From Opitutales bacterium (lineage in GTDB: Bacteria; Verrucomicrobiota; Verrucomicrobiia; Opitutales; UBA2995): 64,000 nucleotides of DNA. Shown in pieces: positions 30,825 to 40,099 of the stretch (positions within the stretch are counted from its first letter, which is position 1; each line of letters starts with the position of its first letter). Location of the stretch: NCBI GenBank assembly GCA_965219475.1, contig CBDCNU010000007.1:9457-73456 (forward strand), given 5' to 3'. A program made the position numbers and the translations under genes. The notes beneath the pieces are model-generated. The model did no database searches, had not been told where the DNA came from, and was given only the letters and a program-made list of their open reading frames with translations.

Positions 30825-31323
30825 GTAACTAGTCGACCCTGAAAAAGGCATTATTGTCCAAGGTGGACAACCAAAACATAAGGGATTCCTTTTTCTGGGG
30901 AGATCGTGGCCCAGTTCAATTGCCGAAAAACACCAGAGAGCTTCATAAGTTTGACCAGGTTTTGGGCTGAATTGCACAATTACCTTGTCAAATAAAAGGG
31001 GTATTGGCAACAATAAAATGTTGTATAACAACAAATTATGGAGTTTTCAGGGCCGACTAACTACTCAGGTATCTTGAACAATGGTCCGCAAGGAAGCAGA
31101 CACTTCGCGGGGCGTCGAACCAACTTCACCCGCCTGTCTGCGTGCAGCGCACAGGCAGGCGAATCTGCTCGAAACCCGCACCAGCACACGACCTTCGTTC
31201 GCTTACGCATTTTGTGAGATTCATTGTGGAACCCCGTTGGGGTTCGTTATTTTTTGTCCATTCCAACTTGGTGTGCGCTTTGCGACACCAGGCTTTGGAG
31301 TGGAACTGCTTTGCAGTTCATTC
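30825..31323. repeat. Dispersed element copy A: about 265-bp left module + variable insert + about 150-bp three-hairpin module
   Basis: 30825-31090 is near-identical to 62518-62783. 31176-31323 aligns with 62806-62956 and 53170-53327. Confidence 0.9.
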
Positions 31324-31343
31324 TAGTTTGGTCTCACTGCAAT

Positions 31344-31363
31344 CGGGGGGTAAACCCCCCTTT
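31344..31363 (+). terminator. intrinsic-terminator-like hairpin GGGGGG-TAAA-CCCCCC followed by TTTT
   Basis: Read directly from the sequence (caatcggggggtaaaccccccttttagc), immediately 3' of element copy A. Confidence 0.35.
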
Positions 31364-31508
31364 TAGCATTCCTAATTCATAATTCCCCATCCCGTCCATC
31401 CTGTCTATCCATGTTCAATTCCCTCTCCCATCTCTCCATCTCTCCATTATTCCATCGCTCCCCATCTCCCTTTTGTGTATTTCGTGGCTATACACCCCAA
31501 TAGCCTGC

Positions 31509-32387
31509 TCAGACGCCGTCTTTCCTCACGCCGAACAGCGCGAAGGAGAAATTTGGCGCCGGATCGACCAGGTCGCTGCTATCCCTTAGATAACGGCGCT
31601 TTTGCTCGTCAAACGGAAGGGTCTCTATCTCTCCGAAGCCGATTCGCGACATCTCGTCATTCAATTCCTCGGGTGTAAACACGGACAACATCGGCTCCCC
31701 GCGGCGAGCCACAAATCGGTCCAACCTGTCGGCTGAAGGCAAACTCCCTTCGGGAATAAGATGCCTGGCGAGTTTATAATCGAAAGCAATGCGGCTACCT
31801 GGCGCGGCAACATCCGCAATGCGGCCAAGTGTTTCCCGTATGGCATCCTTCGTAAGATAATAGGTCGTTCCGAGCCATGAAAAAAAGGCGGGCTTCTCCG
31901 GATCGAAACCCGCCCGGATAAGCGCCTCGTTCGGTTGGTCGGTCTCAAAATCAATGGGAACGAACACAAGATTGGACGGAACACCTCCGTAGACCGCGCG
32001 CACCTGTTTTTCTTTTGTCGCCTGGGTTGCGGGGTGATCCAGTTCGAATATCCGCACGGTATCCGCGAGTTCCCTGTGGCGCATGGAAAACGTGTCGAGA
32101 CCGGCGCCGAGAATCACATACTGCCCCACGCCCCTTGAAATCGCCTCTATGAGATGGTCTTCGGCAAATCTGGCCCGCAGGATCACCTCGGTGTGTACGG
32201 GACGAAACGAGTGGAACACCTTGTGAACGACGAACCAGCCGAGTAGTCGATTCTTCGTGATCACACGCCAGAAAACCGGCACCATGTCTACCGCATAATC
32301 ATCGGAAAAAACGGGAGATTTGCACTGCTCGTAATGATACGCGCGCACACTTGCCGCGAGGATCGCCGTCTTGCTCGTCTTGTGCAT
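31509..32387 (-). CDS. class I SAM-dependent methyltransferase (leucine carboxyl methyltransferase / mycobacterial O-MT-like family)
   Basis: AASVRAYH...VFSDDYA N-terminus, VILGAGLDTF, FELDHP, VPIDFE, FFSWLGTTYYL. Confidence 0.8.
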   Translation of the reverse strand: MHKTSKTAILAASVRAYHYEQCKSPVFSDDYAVDMVPVFWRVITKNRLLGWFVVHKVFHSFRPVHTEVILRARFAEDHLIEAISRGVGQYVILGAGLDTFSMRHRELADTVRIFELDHPATQATKEKQVRAVYGGVPSNLVFVPIDFETDQPNEALIRAGFDPEKPAFFSWLGTTYYLTKDAIRETLGRIADVAAPGSRIAFDYKLARHLIPEGSLPSADRLDRFVARRGEPMLSVFTPEELNDEMSRIGFGEIETLPFDEQKRRYLRDSSDLVDPAPNFSFALFGVRKDGV

Positions 32388-32534
32388 TTATCGGATATTG
32401 ATGCGCTTGTCTTTTTTGAATGTGTTTTCGCCAGCCTTAGCCAGATCCGCCAGTAATGCTTTGGACGGTCGTTCCAACTCGATCTCTCCACTTTCCAGTG
32501 ATGCTAATATTTCTTTTTCTTCACGCTTTTTCAT
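32388..32534 (-). pseudogene. 48-codon antitoxin-like ORF (CopG/BrnA-associated type), apparently truncated
   Basis: Hand translation gives MKKREEKEILASLESGEIELERPSKALLADLAKAGENTFKKDKRINIR, then a stop. The family normally continues (...RLS..DL...) after the INIR motif. The ATG overlaps the upstream ORF by 14 nt, and the stop abuts the ATG of the methyltransferase (TAAATG). Confidence 0.35.
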
Positions 32535-32703
32535 TTTCGCTCTCGATTTCTCTTTTGAATTGCTTGGTCAATTTCCTGCTGGGCAATGCTGTATTGAGGA
32601 AATAGACATTTCCATCCTTCACATAGGGGAGCAAGGTCTGAAATCGGGCTTTGGAATACACGATTTTCAGGCCTGATCCCGACGGAAAAACCTTTTTCTC
32701 CAT
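32521..32703 (-). pseudogene. 60-codon toxin-like ORF (resembles the C-terminal half of BrnT/RelE-type toxins)
   Basis: ...DGNVYFLNTALPSRKLTKQFKREIE resembles the ...IRIISARKAT..ER tail of BrnT-type toxins. The N-terminal half of the family is missing, and the start codon lies inside an intergenic repeat module. Confidence 0.3.
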
Positions 32704-32871
32704 CCGTGCCTATCCGTGAAATCCGTGGTTCATTCCCCTTCTGCGGTTGGTTTTCCCCAGAATATCGCGGCGTAAAGCCGCTCCTACAACTTTGAGTTTT
32801 TTGTGCTTTTTGTGGTTAATCCCTTTTAATTCCGAATCCGCGCCTTTGGGCGCTTCCCTTGGCCGAACGAA

Positions 32872-34344
32872 TCAAAAATTGTAGTTCGAATGCTTGGGTT
32901 TGGGTCCGGTGGGGGGTTCAACCCCTTGCGCCAACATGATCTCGATTATGGTGTCGACGGTGGCGAAGGATGGTTTGAAGTTCCCCGGCCGATACCCTTC
33001 CGCAATCAACAGGGGGGTCCGCTCCATTTTGTTTTTGGAATTCCATATGTTGATATCGGCCCCTTGTTCATGCAAGTATCTCGCCACGGCGGGGGCATTC
33101 TTGTAGGCGGCGCCATGCATGGCGGTTTCCCCATTGGCATCGACAGTGTCGATACTCAAACCCAGGGAAACGAGAAATTTTACCGCTTCCAGACATTCCA
33201 TTTCCGTGCCCGCTTCTTCTTCGGGAGCGGTACTTCCAATACCCGCCGCCACCATGAGGGCGGTGCAACCGTCTTCATTGGGAGTAAAGGGATCCGCCCC
33301 CAGATCCAGAAGGAGTTTCATGTAGGGGAGATCCGCCCTGTCGGCGGCCATGAAGAATGGCGTGGCGCCGATCTGGCTCACTCGTCCCCTACCCGCTCTT
33401 CTGCCCCGGGTCAACCGGGGGTTGACCTCGGCTCCGCGCGCCACCAGTTCGCGCACGAATTGTTCGCTGTTTCTCTTTCCCGATCCCCTCGGCGGGGGAG
33501 CTCCTCTGATGGACTCGCCGATATCGGGTTTGCGTATCCAGGTAAGGGTGTGGAGAAGGGTGAAACCGGTTCGCCGGTCATTGGGGTCGGCCCCGGCTTC
33601 GAGCAGTGCGACGGCCAAATCGTAATGGCCGTTTTCTACCGCCAAAACCAATGGACTGCTCCCGTTCATAGGACCTTTTGAGGAAGGTTTGGCCAAATCC
33701 ATGGCTCCGTTTACGTCGGCCCCGGCTTCGAGCAACAACGCAACCACGTTCCCGTGTCCCTCCCGTATGGCGAAATACAGTGGAGTGAATCCCGAATTCA
33801 AGGGCGTGAGAAAATCGGCCCCCGCTACCAGGAGTGTTTCGACCACTTCCAAGTGTCCTTGGGCCGCGGCCCACATCATGGCAGTCTGGCCGTTCCACTC
33901 CTTTTTCTCCATCTCGGCACCGGCTTCGAGCAATGCAATAACCGTCCCGACCACCCCGGTCCGCGACGCCGTCATCAAGGCGGTCTCACCTCCCGGCATG
34001 GCCGAATTGGGATCGGCCCCGGCACGAAGTAATTCCTCCACCAACCCGGGATTACCGTTGAGAGAGGCCAGATAGAGCGGCGTTACCCCGTAACGATTTT
34101 CCGCCGCGGCATTGGATCCTCGATCCAGCAGGGTTTTGGCCAATTCCGTGTCGTCGTGATAAGCGGCCCAGTGCAGCGCCGTCATGCCATCGACCTGAGC
34201 CTGGTCGACGTCGATATCCCTGGAAAGAAGCGCCTGGATACGGAAGGATTCTTTTCTTTCCACCGCATCGGCCAGGGAATCACCCTCCGCCCGAAGGTTC
34301 GGACCGAGCAACAGGCCGAGTCCCAGAAGAAGTGACGCCTTCAT
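32872..34344 (-). CDS. secreted ankyrin-repeat protein
   Basis: Signal peptide MKASLLLGLGLLLGPNLRAEG. Many G.T(A/P)L..A...G......LL..GAD repeats. Confidence 0.85.
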   Translation of the reverse strand: MKASLLLGLGLLLGPNLRAEGDSLADAVERKESFRIQALLSRDIDVDQAQVDGMTALHWAAYHDDTELAKTLLDRGSNAAAENRYGVTPLYLASLNGNPGLVEELLRAGADPNSAMPGGETALMTASRTGVVGTVIALLEAGAEMEKKEWNGQTAMMWAAAQGHLEVVETLLVAGADFLTPLNSGFTPLYFAIREGHGNVVALLLEAGADVNGAMDLAKPSSKGPMNGSSPLVLAVENGHYDLAVALLEAGADPNDRRTGFTLLHTLTWIRKPDIGESIRGAPPPRGSGKRNSEQFVRELVARGAEVNPRLTRGRRAGRGRVSQIGATPFFMAADRADLPYMKLLLDLGADPFTPNEDGCTALMVAAGIGSTAPEEEAGTEMECLEAVKFLVSLGLSIDTVDANGETAMHGAAYKNAPAVARYLHEQGADINIWNSKNKMERTPLLIAEGYRPGNFKPSFATVDTIIEIMLAQGVEPPTGPKPKHSNYNF

Positions 34345-34582
34345 GATACCCCTGTTGTAGTGGTCAATTCCTGATTCCCTATCCGTGTCCATCCGTGAAA
34401 TCCGTGGTCAATTCCTCAGAGATTTTCGATCAAGATCACGATAACCCTCTGCATGCCACGCCGTAGGCCTTGGCCTAGGTGGGTCCCATTCTGTCTTTCC
34501 ATTCCTCATTCCTTATTGGCGCCAACGGAGCCTCTCTCTCTGTGTCCTCTGTGGTTAGTTCAACAACTCATCTCAACTCAAT

Positions 34583-35930
34583 TTAAACCGACAACGGCTG
34601 GAAGAGTTCATCGACTTTCCCGGTGCTGTCGGCGAAGGAATCCAAATCAACCCCCACCTTGTCCAGCAGGGTGAGGTGCAGGTTGGCCAGAGGAGTGGCA
34701 TCATCGAAACGGATGTGCCGGTTCCCTTTCATGCCTCCAGCCGCTCCGCCCGATACGATGATGGGAAGATTGGTGTGATCGTGCACGTTGGGATTTCCGA
34801 TGCCACTGCCGTAGAGAATCAGGACGTTGTCGAGGAGAGATCCGTTACCTTCGGGGGTTGCCTTGAGCTTTTGCAGGTACTCGGAAAAGAGGGAGACGTG
34901 GAAAACATTGATTTTAGACATCCGCTCTATTTTTTTCCGGATCGTCGCCGTGGTGGGAAAGGGGATGGTGCGGGTCCGGAACCCCGATTTCGGGATAGGA
35001 CCGATTGCTGGTTTCCCGAGCGATCTGGAAGGTTGAGATGCGGGTGATGTCCCCTTGATAGGCCAGGAGTTGGAGATCGAACATGAGCCGGGCATGGTCG
35101 GCATAGGCGGCGGGCACCCCCATGGGGCGGTCCAGATCGGGCAGGGGGCTATCCTTTGAAGCCACCTCGGCCTGTTGTATGCGGCGTTCCACTTCTCGAA
35201 CGGATTCCAGGTATTGGGAAATCCGCGATCGATCGCTCGGACCCAACTCGCGCCTCAGGCGCTCGATGCTGTCGGCCACGGAGTCGAGCAAACTGCTCCG
35301 TTTGCGCAGGGCGGAGCGGCGTTCTTCCGGAGTACCTCCGTCCCCGAACAATTGTTCAAATACGATACGCGGATGCGCTTCAGCCGGGAGGGGGGTGGTG
35401 GGAGAAGACCAGGATAGGTTGTTCTGGTAGACACAGGCATAGCCGTTATCGCATTGACCGGTGATCTGCAGCAGATCCATGGCGAGTTCCAGGGACGGGA
35501 GTTGAGTTTCCTGTCCCACTTGTTGGGCGGCAAGTTGGTCTACCGTGGTGCCGAGATAATAATCGGAACTCTCGGTGACTTTTGCCTTGACGCAACTGAG
35601 AAAGGAGGAATTGGACGTGGCGTGGGATCCGGGATAGGCGCTCCTCAATTCCATGTTGGTCAAAACGGTGGTCTGGTCCTTTACCGGAGCCAGGGAATCG
35701 AGAATGGGGGATAGTTTAGCCAGGGTGTGTTCGCTTCGGGGGGTCCAGCGGGATTGGTCGCAACCCATGGGCATGAAAACGTAACCCAGGCGACGGACGG
35801 AATTCCCCGGGGTCTTGGCCAGAGCGGTTGCGGCCGGAACCATGGCGTTGAGAAGGGGCAAGGCCAACGTCGTCCCCACCCCCTTGATAAAGGTTCTCCG
35901 AGGAATGGATTTCTTGGTGATGTAATTCAT
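34583..35930 (-). pseudogene. DUF1552-domain protein interrupted by a +1 frameshift in an A7 run (34930-34936)
   Basis: The N-terminal 338 aa (Tat-like RRTFIKGVGTTLALPLL ... HHPLSHHGDDPEK) stop 5 codons after the A7 run. Removing one A joins it to IERMSKINVFHVSLFSEYL...GNPNVHDHTNLPIIVSGG..., the canonical DUF1552 C-terminus (ORF 34583-35104). Confidence 0.8.
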
Positions 35931-38638
35931 GGCAATTCTCTTTCGATCAATTGTGTGGAGGCATATTCCTCTTGCAACCTCGTTCTCATTTGAAAAGGGA
36001 CACTTTGGGCGATTCCGAGAACGATGGAAGAAAACCTGTAGTCATTGGCTTTGGCATTTCTAACAATTTCCCTGATGGCCGGGGCGTCATAATACTCCAT
36101 TCCCCTACCTAAGGCAAAAATAAGCAATTTTTCGCTCAAAGTGCGAACAAATAATTCCGGGCGCAGGAGCAAGCCGTCCTCCAAGCCCTCGACTCCCTCC
36201 AAAACACTGCCGTCCGGAAGTCCTCCCGACACGTCGAGGGCTTCCCCGCCGTGGAATTCCCTCCATCGTCCGATGGCATCGTAATTTTCCAAGGCAAACC
36301 CGATGGGATCCATGAGGTTGTGGCAACTGGCACAAGCCGGATCGGCGCGGTGCTGTTCCAGCCGCTTCCGCACGGAAAGCCCGGCGCCCACTTTGGCTTC
36401 ATCCAAAGCCGGCACGTCGGGCAGGGGTGGAGGGGCGGGGGTGCCGAGGATATTCTCCAAAACCCAATTGCCCCGGATGACAGGTGAAGTTCGCGTGGAG
36501 TACGAAGTCGCGGTCAGAATGCTTCCGTGCCGCAACAAGCCGCCCCGTTTTTGGGATGGTTCGAGTTCGACCCGGCGGAACCGGCTTCCAAAAACGTGGG
36601 GGATGTCATAATGATGGGCCAAGCGTTCATCTAGGTAGGTGTAGTCGGCTTTGAGCAGGTCCAGCACACTACGGTCATCCCTCAGGACGCTTTCGAAAAA
36701 CAGTTCCGTTTCCCGGCGCAGGGACCGGCGCAGATTGTCGTCAAAATCCGGAAACAGTCGGAGATCGGGCACGACCGATTCGAGATTGCGCAGGTGCAGC
36801 CATTGCTCGGCAAAATTGTCCACCAGGTTGGAGGAACGGGCATCCGCCAACATTCGGCGCACCTGTTTCTCCAAGACATCGGGTTGGCTGAGGCTTCCCG
36901 CTACGGCTACCCCGAGCAATTCATCATCCGGCAGGCTGCTCCAAATAAAAAAGGACAGCCGGGTGGCCAATTCCAAATCGTTGATGCGGTAAGCCTCTCC
37001 CGGCCTTACCCCCTCGGGATCCCTTTCGATGCGAAAGATGAATTCGGGATTGACCAGTATGGAACTGAGCGCCGTTTCTATTCCCGCTTCAAATCCCGCT
37101 TGCCCGGCATAGCTCTCGAGCGAGGCCTGGGCTTCCTCGACCCCTTCCCGGTAAAAGGCCATGGGTTTTTCCAGGTCCCCCTCGGAAATGGGACGACGAT
37201 AGGCCCGCCTCATGAGATAGGCCAGAATCTCACGGGCAACCTCCGCTTCTTCCCCGGGCCTTTTCGGATAACGAATGAAAATCTTCTCCCGGCTGGGGGT
37301 CAGGTTCGATCCGCGCCCCTCGTAAGGCCCGGTTATGGAAATCTGATATACCGCCGGAGACCGGCGCGGATGGCGGTGAAAATTAAAATGGGCCTGGAAG
37401 GGCTGCCGTTTATTTTGCGATAAGGAAAAGGGGTTTTTCAGAAAGGTTACCCCCACTTTGCGCGGCCCCGCCTCGATAAAAGTACGGGTCTTGAGATGCC
37501 GGTCCACCTCGCTGTGATCCCGGCGGTCGGTGGGAAGATCAATGGTGAACCGTTGCGCTACTTCATCATCGAGCAGAATTTCCATTACGTGGGGTTCCCT
37601 CAGCCCTTCCACGTGCTCATTGCGGTCCCGCATGAGCCTGATTTCGATTTCGTATTCGCCGTCCTGAGGAAAGGTGTAAGACAACAGAGCCCCGCCACGG
37701 GTACCGAGGGGAAGGCCTTCAACGTGCTTTTCCTGGGTATGGTCGGCTGGCATTCGAAAGCTGTTCCCGCGCGGTTTATCACCGGGAGCGCCCACGGCCA
37801 AGCGGCTCACTTTCTGAGCGGCGGAAATATAACGATCCAGCAAACTGGGGGACAAGGCCCCCACGGTGACGTTGTCGAAACCATGACTTTCCTCGTCCTT
37901 GGGCAGCAAATTTGCCGCGTCGATTTCCAGGGCCAGGAGATCGCGAATGGCGTTTTGATACTCGGTACGGTTCAGCCGCCGAAAGGTTTCCGTTCGCCCC
38001 GGGTTGGGATCCCGCCTGGCCGCTTCATCCAAGGTCTCCGACAAACCGGCCAGAACGACTTCATAAGTCTCTTCGCCCGGTCGTTTTCGATCGGCCGGGG
38101 GCATCTGGCGCGATTGGAGCCGGGTGACGACCTTCTCCCAAATTTCCGGATGATTTCGCACATCGTCCCAGCGAATGGCATCGAGGTCCATGGCGCCCTT
38201 GTTTTCCTGGGCGTTGTGGCAACTGATACAGTAATGTTCCACAATCGCCAAAATACCTAATTCCTCTCCATCCTTCGTGCCTTCGTGCCTTTGTGCCTTT
38301 GTGCCTTTTCCACCCAGCCTTTCATCCAGCCAATTCACCGCAACCACGTATTCGGCCTCACTCGGGCGCGGTTGATCGGGCTCATCCCGGGGAGGCATTT
38401 CCCTTTCGCGCAACATCCAGGCCACCTCCTCCCAAATTTCAAAATGCTGAGACATGTCCGCCTCGAGGATGGTTTCGAGGTCGAGCTTCCCCTTCTTCTC
38501 TTCGGGGTTGTGGCAACTGACACAATATTTACCGACCAAGCTGCCCAAGGGCGGCTCGACCACCGGCACATTACCGAAAAGGAATCCAGGAGAAGCCAAC
38601 CCAAGCGAGGTAAGGCCGATGCGGAGTCGTTTATGCAT
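35927..38638 (-). CDS. DUF1592/DUF1588/DUF1587/DUF1585/DUF1595-type multi-domain protein with CxxCH motifs
   Basis: CVSCHNPEEKKGKLDL, CISCHNAQENKGAMDL, C-terminal CASCHNLMDPIGFALENYD, and RTSPVIRGNWVLENILG. Confidence 0.85.
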   Translation of the reverse strand: MHKRLRIGLTSLGLASPGFLFGNVPVVEPPLGSLVGKYCVSCHNPEEKKGKLDLETILEADMSQHFEIWEEVAWMLREREMPPRDEPDQPRPSEAEYVVAVNWLDERLGGKGTKAQRHEGTKDGEELGILAIVEHYCISCHNAQENKGAMDLDAIRWDDVRNHPEIWEKVVTRLQSRQMPPADRKRPGEETYEVVLAGLSETLDEAARRDPNPGRTETFRRLNRTEYQNAIRDLLALEIDAANLLPKDEESHGFDNVTVGALSPSLLDRYISAAQKVSRLAVGAPGDKPRGNSFRMPADHTQEKHVEGLPLGTRGGALLSYTFPQDGEYEIEIRLMRDRNEHVEGLREPHVMEILLDDEVAQRFTIDLPTDRRDHSEVDRHLKTRTFIEAGPRKVGVTFLKNPFSLSQNKRQPFQAHFNFHRHPRRSPAVYQISITGPYEGRGSNLTPSREKIFIRYPKRPGEEAEVAREILAYLMRRAYRRPISEGDLEKPMAFYREGVEEAQASLESYAGQAGFEAGIETALSSILVNPEFIFRIERDPEGVRPGEAYRINDLELATRLSFFIWSSLPDDELLGVAVAGSLSQPDVLEKQVRRMLADARSSNLVDNFAEQWLHLRNLESVVPDLRLFPDFDDNLRRSLRRETELFFESVLRDDRSVLDLLKADYTYLDERLAHHYDIPHVFGSRFRRVELEPSQKRGGLLRHGSILTATSYSTRTSPVIRGNWVLENILGTPAPPPLPDVPALDEAKVGAGLSVRKRLEQHRADPACASCHNLMDPIGFALENYDAIGRWREFHGGEALDVSGGLPDGSVLEGVEGLEDGLLLRPELFVRTLSEKLLIFALGRGMEYYDAPAIREIVRNAKANDYRFSSIVLGIAQSVPFQMRTRLQEEYASTQLIERELP

Positions 38639-38777
38639 AAGAAAACCCAGGTCGATAAATAAAATATTTGCCGCTGAATTTCTTCAACAATTTAAATTGT
38701 ACCCTGGAATTCACCTGTCGGCAGGCAAATTTTGTTAGTTGACCCATGCGGTATATTTTCGATAATATCCTGAACTG

Positions 38778-40049
38778 ATGAGAAATTTATTTCATCTCAA
38801 TCGACGGCAATTTCTCCGCAGCGCCGGGGGTCTGATGGCCCTGCCCTTCCTCCAATCCATTCCTTTACCGGCAGCGGCGGTAAAACCCGTGGCAGACGCC
38901 CGCAAACGGCTCGTTTGCATAGGCACGTTTCTGGGCATGTACCCGGGAGAATGGCACCCCAAGAAGGGGGACGATGCCGTTCCGCGCCTGCTTGAACCCT
39001 TGTTGCCACACCGCAAGGATTTCACGGTGGTTTCCGGGGTCGATCATGGCATCAACGGCGGGCACAAGGGCACTCCGTCCTTCCTTTCCGGCGTCTATCA
39101 GCCCGAGTATATCGGCGAATCCGTCATGGTGCGCAATCAAATCACCCTCGACCAGTTGGCGGCCAAGCAACTGAGCCGGAACAGCCGGTTCCACTCCCTG
39201 CAACTGGGAGCGTCTGAAGGCAAGCCAACCCAAACCCTGTCCTGGGATGAAAACGGGGTTCCCCTACTTCCTGAACCCGACCCGTTCAAGGTTTTCCAAA
39301 AACTGTTTGTGGACGACCTCAATCCCGAGGCCGCCAGCAAGGCAATGGACTTCAGCCGTAGTATCCTGGACATGGTTGCCGAGGACGCCCGCTCCCTGCA
39401 AAGGGAAATCGGATACGAGGATCGGGAAAAAGTTGAAGGCTATTTCTCTTCCATCCGCGATGTGGAAAAACGTATCAAGCGGCAACAGCAGTGGATCAAT
39501 ACCCCCAAACCCGGGGTGGCGCCCCTGAGGGAACGCCCGGTCAGCTTCCACCAGAACCTGGACCTGATGCTGGAATTGACCGCGCTGGCCTTACAGCATG
39601 ACTCCACCCGGGTGGTCTCGATCGAATTGCCGGCCGGTGGATTGCCCATCCTGTTGGACGGCCAACAGCTCTCCGGTTACCACGGCCAATCCCACCATGG
39701 AAAAGATCCCGAGGTGCTGGAAGAACTCATAATGATCGAGCAAATGCACACCTCATCCCTGGCAAAATTCCTCACCCGCCTGAAAGGAATCCGGGATGGG
39801 GACGCCAGCTTGTTGGACCGGACACAAGTGCTCTTCGGCAGTGGGCTGGGAAATGGCAGTTCTCACTCCAACAGAAATTTGCCCGTCCTGTTGGCGGGAG
39901 GTGGCTTGCGCCACGACGGCAAAGACCTCATCTTCGATGGAGAAACGACTCCCCTTTGCAATGTATTTGTCACCATGCTGCAGCAAATGGGAATCGAAAC
40001 GGACAGGTTCGCCGTGAGCACGGGAAATATCAATCACCTGTTGGCTTAG
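38778..40049 (+). CDS. DUF1552-domain protein (Tat-like signal)
   Basis: NRRQFLRSAGGLMALPFL leader, SHHGKDPEVLEEL, GSGLGNGSSHSNRNLPVLLAGGG. Confidence 0.85.
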   Translation: MRNLFHLNRRQFLRSAGGLMALPFLQSIPLPAAAVKPVADARKRLVCIGTFLGMYPGEWHPKKGDDAVPRLLEPLLPHRKDFTVVSGVDHGINGGHKGTPSFLSGVYQPEYIGESVMVRNQITLDQLAAKQLSRNSRFHSLQLGASEGKPTQTLSWDENGVPLLPEPDPFKVFQKLFVDDLNPEAASKAMDFSRSILDMVAEDARSLQREIGYEDREKVEGYFSSIRDVEKRIKRQQQWINTPKPGVAPLRERPVSFHQNLDLMLELTALALQHDSTRVVSIELPAGGLPILLDGQQLSGYHGQSHHGKDPEVLEELIMIEQMHTSSLAKFLTRLKGIRDGDASLLDRTQVLFGSGLGNGSSHSNRNLPVLLAGGGLRHDGKDLIFDGETTPLCNVFVTMLQQMGIETDRFAVSTGNINHLLA

Positions 40050-40099
40050 CCTGCGGAGACGCTGAAGAATTCCGGCGGAGCTGAAGGCATCACCGCATT

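Noticed and set aside
30819-31034. Identical 71/72-aa ORFs (MLLYNILLLPIPLLFDKV...) at 30819-31034 and 62509-62727.
   Set aside because: They lie inside the left module of the dispersed repeat. There is no recognisable fold or signal. The adjacent right module falls in different frames in the three copies. I treat the conservation as nucleotide-level (repeat or RNA) rather than protein-level. A small protein cannot be fully excluded.
30900-31040. Promoter inside the repeat's left module (TTGTCA ... TAAAAT, or TTGGCA ... TATAAC).
   Set aside because: The hexamer spacings I counted (about 23 nt and about 14 nt) are outside the usual 16-18 nt. PVC promoter consensus is not well enough defined to call a promoter by eye.
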